32,200 nucleotides of DNA, taken from Dirinaria sp. TL-2023a (lineage: Eukaryota). The DNA is taken from positions 1-32,200 of the forward strand of contig JAVEBF010000084.1 of NCBI GenBank assembly GCA_051941275.1, written 5' to 3'. The stretch's first letter is position 1; each line of letters begins with the position of its first letter. Shown one piece after another: positions 23,479 to 32,200 of this stretch. The notes below the pieces were generated by a model. The model ran no database searches, was not told where the DNA came from, and saw only the letters and a list, made by a program, of their open reading frames with translations. A program made the position numbers and the translations under genes.

Positions 23479-24666
23479 TATTATGATTGTGTAATTGATA
23501 TTGTTGTAAGGAGTTTGGCAAGGCGGGATTTTCTTGATGTAGGAAAAAAATTCTCAAGAGAGCTTTGTGGGATCATGATTCTCTTGGATATTATGGAGTA
23601 TACAGTAGCTACAGTACATTAGTATAGGTGTTATATCCTAAAGTTCGGCTGAACATCGGTATGACGGATCATGTTAAGCGATGTGTAGCCGCTTGAAGCG
23701 CTGCCTATATAAATACACCTCCCTCCCTCCTTTTCCTGTCCTGTAATTGTCCAGACCATTTTAGATCGCCTTCTTTGATAAGAAATTTCATTATTTGTTT
23801 ATAGAGTAGGGAATATTATATTATGATATATAAAGTGAGGTCCTACCCCTCAGATATAGGAGAAGCTAACCAGTCCTAGTCTAGCCGTCCTCCTCATATG
23901 CCAGGCCTGATATCTGAGTTTGGGGGTCTCGCAATGGTTCTCCTCGGAAATCACGTGCTAATGCTGGTCGAAGCGATGTCTAGCTTCACTACTGTGTTGT
24001 GGATAATCGCTGCCAGACCGCCGTGATGTGGCTCTACCGAGAGCAGCAGACGTTCTAGGGTCATATGCTGTCTGAAACGAGACGCCCATGCCCGACGTGC
24101 AATGGCTCAGTATCGGCTACCAGCAATAGGCTACCATTCCTTCTTCCAATTCATCAATTCCGTGGTGATCATGGCCACAATTCATTTTCCATGTCCTTCC
24201 CCTTTATCTTCGCTGCTTTTAGCCCTAATATATTTGTCATTCGTCATTTCTCGCTTGTGGATTATCGAGGATCACACCATACACCGGAGTTCGAAGTGAA
24301 ATCTCTGCGCACGGCTTCGATTCATTCATGGCACCGGTTCCGCTGCGTTGGTATACCAATCATGGGACTTCTCTTATCAGAGAACGCTCGCTTCTGCAGT
24401 GATCGTATACCCTTCTTTGTCAGATGAATTCCTGCTTGGATAGCACAGCCGATGAATTTTCGGTCAGGCTGATCGGGTGAGTTCTTCGATAGTGTGATCT
24501 TTGCAAATCGAGATTCGGGTCAAAAAACTGACCCTCCTTCCACATTCTCCAGACCTTGTTACATCAGAAGCATTTTAGCCAGCAGATCGGCATTGTAAAG
24601 CAAGCATACTTCGGCACATACAGATTTTAAACTGCTCCTTAGTTGCTGCTTCATCACTGTATCGCT

Positions 24667-26019
24667 ATGGATCATCAAGGCTCCCAAGGAAGGGTTACGA
24701 CCGGTCCGACGTACGAGTTGCCTGCTCTCCCGTATCGTCTACTTGGTCTTCAGTACACAAATTGGACCGCGGCAGACATGCGCCTTGTACTCGCTCATTA
24801 CGGCGTCTCTACTCCACCGGATATGGATAAATTCTTGCTGGCGCACGAGCTGCGTAACCTCACAGCGCAACTTGGACTGACACCCGCCAATCGCCAAGCG
24901 ATACTGTCAGCTGCAAGAGCTGAAAGCCCGTTGCCAGCAGGAATCATCACCCGGCGGCACAACCGACCAGAGACAGGACAGCGAAGGCAGCAGCAGCAAG
25001 CTCGGACTCGTGTAGGAGCTGCAAACATCCTATTTCCGAATCTCCCACGCGCCCGCCAAACACTTGATGCTGGTCCAGTTCGCACAGATACTGCAGAGGA
25101 CCTTACCCCCCCTACGGCATCATCAAGCGATCCTCCACGATGCATGGGCGACGATGTTCCTCTCACCACTGAAAACACGCCGACGAGGCCGATAACGGAA
25201 GGCTGCACGCATCAACATCAATTTTGCCTAGATTGCGTGGCGAAATTCATCAAGGCCCAAGTGCACATCAAGAGAGCAGACGAGATCATGTGCCCAAGCT
25301 GTCCACAATTTCTGGAGTATTGGGATATACAAGCGTTTGCAGATCCAGCCACGTTCGAAAAGTAAGTTTCGATTCTGGCGTGCAAAACACTGCCGCCTCT
25401 CCCGCAGTATGGATTCAGCCATCAGCTAACCATAGTAACTAGGTACGAGGAGGGTCTCCTCAAACAATATCTCAATTCCTTGGATGACTTTCGGCGATGC
25501 CAGCAGCCGGATTGCCGATCTGGCCAAATCTGTGACGCACCCAAAGACAATCACATGGACTGCCTAGCGTGCAATGGCAAGACCTGCCTCCGATGCGACA
25601 AGCCGGGGCACGCGGGGGCACCATGCTTCGCAGCAAATCAACAGGAGCTTGAAGATCCAGCAATGGCAAGGAAAGCGCAAATAATCGCTGATGAGGAGTA
25701 CGTAGAGCAGCATTGCCAGCGTTGCCCGAAGTGCAAAGCTCCCTGTCAGAAGATAGACGGCTGCAATCAACTCAGGTGTAAGACTCGATCGCTTCTTGGT
25801 CTGACTTTGATAGGGGAAATTAGCGTCGCTAACCGAGATGCTGCAGGTCCAAATTGTAACGGTGGCTACCTGTGGAAGAGCAGCGAGTTCTCATGGGGAG
25901 ATGATGGAGACGATGGAGATGATGGCGGTGAAACCTTGGCGCCGGGGAAATTGTCCGAGGAGCAACTTGAGTTTTTAAGGGAGCACGCGGAGGACGATGA
26001 CGATGACGAGGACTGGTGA
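24667..26019 (+). CDS. RBR (RING1-IBR-RING2) E3 ubiquitin ligase-like protein, degenerate; exons 24667-25361, 25443-25777, 25847-26019, about 400 aa
   Basis: RING1-like CTHQHQFCLDC...CPSC; IBR CQQPDC..CLAC..TCLRCDKPGHAGAPC; RING2-like CPKC..KIDGCNQLRCPNC; acidic tail. Introns 25362-25442 (GTAAGT..GCTAAC..TAG) and 25778-25846 (GTAAGA..GCTAAC..CAG). Confidence 0.78.
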
Positions 26020-27690
26020 GGGAATCATATCATCCACAGAATACGTAGACCGCCCATATATATCAGAAGCCTTCGAAAACATGCCTCGTCGGGCTTTTTC
26101 ACTCGAATGGCGCATGGGAGTTTCTGCTGAAAATCGAATTTGTCAGAGCCGGGAATTAAACTTGATTTACATTCTACTTTTTTTTTCACATCCCAAGCTT
26201 GTGCTCTAGCCACATCAGTCAGTGAATCTCGTCCCGCTCCAAAAGCATCATGAAGCATAGATATACAAAATCAAAAGTATGAATCCCCTCTCCGTATATA
26301 TAGCCTTGCGATGTAAAAAATCAATCTCCGCAATGGAGGAATCGTTACTCGTAGAGTTAGTTCTGTTCACAGCAACCTTTTCTTTTTTTCTTTTCTTTTT
26401 TTTTTTTTTTCAAGAAATTCTCACTTCGCCCTCCGTCGCCACTACTTTACCTTGCCATTCATCATCTAAATGCGATCCTCGCTACTCGCTAGATTAGAAA
26501 CACGATGTACCTTATGTATATATTGATGGTGAAAGGTTTGGCGGGGAAGTTGCGTGGACTGCCCCGTTCGTAATGTAGCTAGCCCCTGAGGAATTACCTA
26601 AGGTAGGTAAGACACAGTATTGATATTGCCGGCCTTGGCTTGCATGACTATTAAGCTTGGCATTAGGTATCATTCCCCCTTTTTCAGTTTTCAGATCATG
26701 ACGTTCGACGGGAACTTTATTGGCACTTTGCTAGTTGGTTCGGATTTCCAAGATACAGTAGGATAGTAGTAGTCTAAGTAACTAACAGTAGTAGTAGGAG
26801 AATCGGATTAGGCAGGAGTGGTGTGGAGGTCAAGTGTGCTTTTTGAATTTGGTATTATTCATAGTATTTGTCTCGATTATAGGAGCGAATACTGTACTGA
26901 GACTGAGCATGAGATGTGCAGCCATAGGGATAAATTTCGAAGTACTCAAGATATCTGGGGAGTTTGGTTGAAGCATGCCAATTGCTAAGGCCTTTAGCTA
27001 TGGAGGTAGTGATTATTATTCTCCACCCTACCTTACCTAAGGTACGGTACGTTCGTACCCTGGGCAGGAACCGGAGGAACCGGTAGGGCTTGCACGTTGT
27101 GACCGTTGCTTGATCCCCGAACGTTCGTATCGTTCTTCCTGCAGGACCCCACCTTTCAATCTTGGTCGGGCGACACTTCGAAATGCCCTGGGATCTGCTA
27201 CATCAGCGAAAGGGACGGAAGGAGTTCGTGTAATGATGATTCAATTCAAAAGCAGGAGTACTATATGACTTCGATTTTTTATGCGATCCATAAGATTTTA
27301 GAGGTCGAATAGTTTCTCAGGGGTCCGTGGGCATGGTTCCTCAATAATATGCGACACACCAATCGTGGATCGGACTAGGCCGGAAAATGGACACCGAAGC
27401 TCCCGCATTTTTACCTACTTTGATGCTGTCCTGTACATATTAAGGTAGAGGTAATGTTCCAGCTTACGTACCTATCATTTATCATCGACATGTTTTTAGG
27501 GTCAGGAGAAGCGATGGACCAGATCGTCACTTCCAATTCCACTTCCAGTCTCTTTTACCGCCTACTACCCTCCTACCACTGCTCTCTCTGCTCAACTCAT
27601 ACCTTCTCCGTCCATAATGACCGATCTCTTCAAGCGTGCTAATCAGATGTGTGCTACTGGATTGGGCTTACAAGCGTTCACGACAGAAAG

Positions 27691-29190
27691 ATGCTCGCCC
27701 GCCTCTCCCTTCGCACTCTCACCATCACCACCTTCTTCCTCATCCTTCTCTCCTTCGTGACCTTCTTTCGAGGCTCGAGCCCCTCCTACAACATCCATAC
27801 CAAGATTCCCAAGACCGCCGGTTTATGGCACTCGACCAAAGGTCCTTCCAAACCCTCCCCCGAAATCAAGAAGTTCTGGGTCAAATGGAGTCGCATATTC
27901 TACGACTCCCGCCCCACCGTCGAACCTATCGTCGTTAAAACCACCGCCTCGACGGACGGATCAGATAAAGCCAACGGGGAAAGGCAGCCCAGCAGCCACA
28001 CTCTAAGCCTGCCGGACCAGGTCGTCAATTCACTGCACGACAGCCACAAAGCGCTATTGCAAGACCGAGGGGGACTGTATGGCTCCCGCTTCGACAACGC
28101 GTCGTCGCAAGGACTCTTCAAAGGCGCCGGGGTCGTCACTGTCGCCGGCGGTCCCTACTTCGCCCCCGCCATCGTCAGCATCCGCATGCTGCGGCTCGTC
28201 TCCGATCTTCCCGTGCACGTCTTCGTTGGCGACCACTCCGAGTATGAGCCGGAGTTGTGTGAGAACGTTCTTCCAGCGTTGAATGCCGAGTGTTTCGCTA
28301 TTTCCGACTTCCTGGCCCAAGACTCGGTTGACGTGACCCGCTATCAGCTCAAAGCCCTCGCCATCCTCTTCTCGCCTTTCGAGACAGTCATGTATCTGGA
28401 CAGCGACTGCTTCGCAGTGCGCGATCCGAGTGAACTATTTGAAACGGAGCCCTTCAAATCCACCGGCTTGGTCACGTGGCCTGATTATTGGATCGCGACC
28501 GAGGACCCGGTCTTTTATAAGATCGCTGGCATGAACGCTTTCCCTCCAGGGATGCCCGCGCGCAGTACTGAAAGCGGAGAGCTTCTTATATCCAAGAACA
28601 TGCACCTATCATCTCTGCTCCTGGCCTGCTACTACAACGTATACGGCCCGCAATACTACTATCCAATCTTGTCGCAAGGAGCCTCTGGCGAAGGCGACAA
28701 GGAAACCTTTATGGCTGCAGCCGTGGTGCTCGGTCTCCCATACTATCGAGTGAAGGAGCATGTCGGCACGCTGGGCTATTTCACGCACGAAGGGGACTTT
28801 AAAGGCGGCGCCATGGTGCAGCACCACCCCGGTGATGATGTCACCGTCCATAATGGCACTTGGGCTACCGAGCAAGATAGCAACCAACTGCGCCCCTTTT
28901 TCATTCACGCGCATCACCCCAAACTTAATGTGGGGCGCTTAGTCGATGAGAGCACGCTCACGTCGCCTACGGGCAAAGCGCTGAGGCTCTGGGGCCCGAA
29001 GGAGTCAATGGAAAAGAAGTTCGATGGTCGTGATGTCGAGAAAGAGGTCTGGAAGCAGATGAAGGACATGACGTGTGAGCTCGAGGACAGGATGGGTGAC
29101 TGGAGAGGCCGGCACAACCTTTGCCTGCGTGCGAAAGAGCATTATGCAGAGGTCTTTGGGGAGCAGGCCTTTTTGAGTGGGATTATCTGA
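27691..29190 (+). CDS. Golgi alpha-1,2-mannosyltransferase, GT71 (Mnn2/Mnn5-like), about 499 aa
   Basis: Type II membrane anchor after ATG 27691; GVVTVAGG, SIRMLR, YQLKALAILFSPFETVMYLDSD (DxD), WPDYW, STESGEL, YYNVYGP..YYPILSQG..GEGDKETF, FIHAHHPKLN. Confidence 0.88.
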   Translation: MLARLSLRTLTITTFFLILLSFVTFFRGSSPSYNIHTKIPKTAGLWHSTKGPSKPSPEIKKFWVKWSRIFYDSRPTVEPIVVKTTASTDGSDKANGERQPSSHTLSLPDQVVNSLHDSHKALLQDRGGLYGSRFDNASSQGLFKGAGVVTVAGGPYFAPAIVSIRMLRLVSDLPVHVFVGDHSEYEPELCENVLPALNAECFAISDFLAQDSVDVTRYQLKALAILFSPFETVMYLDSDCFAVRDPSELFETEPFKSTGLVTWPDYWIATEDPVFYKIAGMNAFPPGMPARSTESGELLISKNMHLSSLLLACYYNVYGPQYYYPILSQGASGEGDKETFMAAAVVLGLPYYRVKEHVGTLGYFTHEGDFKGGAMVQHHPGDDVTVHNGTWATEQDSNQLRPFFIHAHHPKLNVGRLVDESTLTSPTGKALRLWGPKESMEKKFDGRDVEKEVWKQMKDMTCELEDRMGDWRGRHNLCLRAKEHYAEVFGEQAFLSGII

Positions 29191-30037
29191 GTGTCTCTAA
29201 GCTCAGACTGGCTGGTTGGATGGCCAGTGCCGCCAGTCAGTGTTGGAGATGAGGGCCGAGATGATCATTGTCAAGGGTTCGACATGGGATCGCGTTTTTG
29301 CAGGGAACGGAAATGGGTACCCTTCTGGCGCACAAGCATGGAGAGCATGTTGACTCATGGAGTTGGCTTTTACTTTTTTTTCTTCTTTTTCTTTTTATCT
29401 TTTTTGGGCATAGCGTTGGAGAAGTGGGAGCCATGAGGCAGCGCATTTGGCTTTACGGGTTTCTGGTGGAAAGATCACTCCCGGTGTTGGATTGGTGTAG
29501 ATTATGGGCTCACTACTTGAGAAATTCAATGACTATACTTCCTTTCTAATCACAATGGCCAAACGCAAATTACTACAAATTACTGTACCTTATGCAAGGT
29601 ACCTTACTTGTGTATCCGTTGTCTCAATCAGTAGTGGCTCTGTGCTGACTAAACTTAGACGCGCGGATTTAAGCGACGGGCTTTAGGCCAATCTGGCATG
29701 ATGAATTGATGACCATCTCCGGCCACGATGCGTCAGATGGAGAGCAATACCACCATTGTACATAGAAGACTCGCATTGATAACTTGACCAGCCAACAATT
29801 TGCGCACTACTTGTACTCTTCCATTTCAGTTCAATAATCACTTGTTTCCATTCTGTTCAAGCCCTTGCAACACACCTTTCTTACACACTCGATACTCAAT
29901 CACAAAGGCCACTCCATTTGTCTATTATAAGAGGAGCGCCTCTCTCTTACAACAGCGCAATGAACAAAGAAACTTGAATTGACCCGACGCTTGACGCTTC
30001 AGCATCAACTTGCACCTCACTATCCTGATCCCTCAAC

Positions 30038-31963
30038 ATGCGCACAGCAGCCAGAGGCTTTTACCTAGCGTTCTTCGCTCTGTTCGGCCACGCTCACGCT
30101 TATTCACCAAGAACAGAATCACCAAATCCAGATCCTTCAGCCGTCTGTGCAGTACGTCACGAACAACATTATGATCCTGATCATGGTGGCGAAGATACTA
30201 AGTCCTATCAGATCAACCCTCGAGCAATCGTCTCCGACGCCTGCGCCTCCTACGCCACACTCGACACTCTCAATCGCGACCTCTCCCCTTCGCTAAAAGA
30301 TATAACGCAGAATACCGACTTCTTCGCCTACTACCGCCTGAACCTCTATGACCAAAAATGTCCCGTCCGGGCCTGGGATGACGAAACGGGTACCTGCGGC
30401 AACATAGCTTGTAAAGTGGACACGTTGGAAGATGAAAGGGATATACCGCCGATCTGGCGAGCAGAAGAGCTGAGCAAGCTTGAAGGACCGAAAGCGGCAC
30501 ACCCGGGACGGGAGTTGCAGCGAGAGAGGGGCAACCAGAAGCCGTTGCAAGGGACCTTGGGTGAAGATGTTGGAGAGAGTTGTGTGGTTGAGTATGATGA
30601 CGAGTGCGACGAGCGCGACTACTGCGTTCCCGAGGACGAATCTGCCACCGCGAAGGGCGACTACGTGAGTCTAGTTGACAACCCAGAGCGCTTCACCGGT
30701 TACGCGGGCAAGGACGTCTGGGACGCCATATACCGCGAAAACTGCTTTTCGAAAGAGCCGGGCATGTTCTCCTCCGGCCTGGGGATAGTGAAACCGTTTG
30801 CGCCCTTCCAAGCAGCCAACGATCTGCGTCACGTAATGCAGGCTGGCAGCTCAACCAACGAACTGGCGTTGGACGACACGTGCTTGGAAAAGCGCGTCTT
30901 CTACCGCATCATCAGCGGTATGCACACGTCCATCAGTACGCACATCTGCAACGATTACCTCAACCAATCGACGGGAGTATGGGGTCCGAACCTGGCATGC
31001 TACACCGATCGACTCGCCTCCCATCCGGAACGGATCTCCAATCTCTATTTCAACTACGCACTCCTGCTACGGGCGGTGACCAAGTTGCGGACTTATCTCA
31101 AGAGCTACACCTTCTGCACCGGCGACCCGTCCCTCGACACTCTCACCAAATCCAAGATCCTCTCCCTTTCCTCCCTCGCCTCCACCCACCGCGCCGGCAG
31201 GATCTTTGACGAGAGCGTCATGTTCGCGGACCCGCAGAACAGCCTTCCGCTGAAGGAAGACTTCCGCAACCGGTTCCGGAACGTTTCCCGGCTGATGGAC
31301 TGCGTCGGCTGCGACAAGTGCCGGCTCTGGGGCAAACTGCAGACGGTCGGGTACGGCACCGCGTTGAAGGTGCTGTTCGAGTTCGACGAGGAGAAGAACG
31401 GGGAGAACCCTCTCCTCCGAAGAACAGAACTGGTCGCGTTGGTGAACACGCTGGACAGAGTAGCCACGAGCATCAACGCGTTGGGCAAGATGCGCGATCT
31501 AGTCCTGCTGCAGCAACAGCAAGAGCACCCCCCGTCGAAAACGCAGGCCGAAGAAGAAGCAGTCTCCCCTCCAAATATCGAGTCCCAACCCAAACAAGAA
31601 CGGAGAAAGGAAAACAATAACAAAAAACAACACCTCCCCCGCTGGACCGACTTCCGCGAAAACCACCACTCCGACGACGACGACCTCGACCTCGACGACC
31701 TCGACGATGACGCCTTCGGCACCGCGCACGGGAACGCAGGAGGAGAGCATGACGAAGAGGAGAGTGTAATGGCGCTGATAATGGAAGAAGCCCGCACCGT
31801 CTACCGCGCGTACATGTTCATCCTCCGCAGCTGGGTCCAGCTGCCGCGCAAGATGGTGCGCATCCTCGTGGGCGAGATGGCGCGCCTGTGGAGTTTCTGG
31901 CTTGGACTGCCGGTCGCGGAACGCAGTTGGGAGATTCGGCTGCCGAGGCGGGAGGAGTTGTAA
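30038..31963 (+). CDS. ERO1: ER oxidoreductin 1; probable exons 30038-30151 and 30212-31963, about 621 aa
   Basis: Signal peptide; DFFAYYRLNL, CGNIAC, YVSLVDNPERFTGY, WDAIYRENCF, CLEKRVFYRIISGMHTSISTH, RISNLYFNY, MDCVGCDKCRLWGKLQ (CxxCxxC). A 60-nt in-frame intron 30152-30211 (GTACGT..TACTAAG..CAG) gives CAINPRAIVSDAC. Confidence 0.95.
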   Translation: MRTAARGFYLAFFALFGHAHAYSPRTESPNPDPSAVCAVRHEQHYDPDHGGEDTKSYQINPRAIVSDACASYATLDTLNRDLSPSLKDITQNTDFFAYYRLNLYDQKCPVRAWDDETGTCGNIACKVDTLEDERDIPPIWRAEELSKLEGPKAAHPGRELQRERGNQKPLQGTLGEDVGESCVVEYDDECDERDYCVPEDESATAKGDYVSLVDNPERFTGYAGKDVWDAIYRENCFSKEPGMFSSGLGIVKPFAPFQAANDLRHVMQAGSSTNELALDDTCLEKRVFYRIISGMHTSISTHICNDYLNQSTGVWGPNLACYTDRLASHPERISNLYFNYALLLRAVTKLRTYLKSYTFCTGDPSLDTLTKSKILSLSSLASTHRAGRIFDESVMFADPQNSLPLKEDFRNRFRNVSRLMDCVGCDKCRLWGKLQTVGYGTALKVLFEFDEEKNGENPLLRRTELVALVNTLDRVATSINALGKMRDLVLLQQQQEHPPSKTQAEEEAVSPPNIESQPKQERRKENNNKKQHLPRWTDFRENHHSDDDDLDLDDLDDDAFGTAHGNAGGEHDEEESVMALIMEEARTVYRAYMFILRSWVQLPRKMVRILVGEMARLWSFWLGLPVAERSWEIRLPRREEL

Positions 31964-32100
31964 ATACATATTTACATGTTACTACTACTATATAGACTTT
32001 ACAATTAAGGCGTACTTGCGTATCTTTTTTGCATAGGCAGAGCATCAGGTAGTTAAATTGCATAGGCATAGGAAAAGGAATATAGTAGGGTTTGAGTCAT

Positions 32101-32120
32101 CTTCTCTTCTCTTCTCTTCT
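32101..32120. repeat. (CTTCT)4 short tandem repeat downstream of ERO1
   Basis: cttctcttctcttctcttct. Confidence 0.7.
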
Positions 32121-32200
32121 GTCCCTATAGTACATACCTAAATTCATTCCCATAGAAATTTAGCTAAATGAGGAAAAATGTGACTTTTTTTTTTTTTTTT

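Noticed and set aside
24065..24427. 120-aa ORF upstream of the RBR-like gene
   Set aside because: No recognisable domain or splice support.
27691..29190. GT71 gene as the glycosyltransferase of the triterpene cluster
   Set aside because: Golgi protein-mannosyltransferase family, about 18 kb away beyond housekeeping genes; not a small-molecule UDP-glycosyltransferase.
31105..31797. Long antisense ORFs over ERO1 (and similar ones over VPS8, SHC and GT71)
   Set aside because: Shadow ORFs expected from GC-rich codon usage on the opposite strand.
1..32200. CRISPR arrays, rRNA/tRNA genes, intact transposons
   Set aside because: No regularly spaced repeats, RNA-gene signatures, transposase/RT motifs, LTRs or TIRs seen by eye; small RNAs could be missed without covariance-model searches.

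Overview
Eukaryotic DNA from a filamentous ascomycete, judged from short GT-AG introns with CTRAC/CTAAY branch sites and Pezizomycotina-type orthologues. The left ~13 kb is a gene-sparse, terpenoid-flavoured accessory segment. It holds a heavily decayed carotenoid-cleavage-oxygenase pseudogene (+), an intact intronless bacterial-type squalene-hopene cyclase (SHC, DxDD motif) with an unusual 4 x 18-aa N-terminal tandem repeat (-), and a co-oriented CYP52-clan cytochrome P450 (-). SHC and P450 together look like a minimal hopanoid/triterpenoid biosynthetic cluster. The segment lies between the start of a GPALPP/DUF3752-like gene (window edge, -) and a + strand block of mostly conserved genes: VPS8, a GH16 glucanase, ERV46, a degenerate RBR/IBR E3-like gene, an MNN2-like GT71 mannosyltransferase and ERO1. 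A TAAGGTA/TACCTTA motif, often tandem or palindromic, recurs through the intergenic DNA. All gene models, introns and motif alignments were made by eye; no database searches were run.
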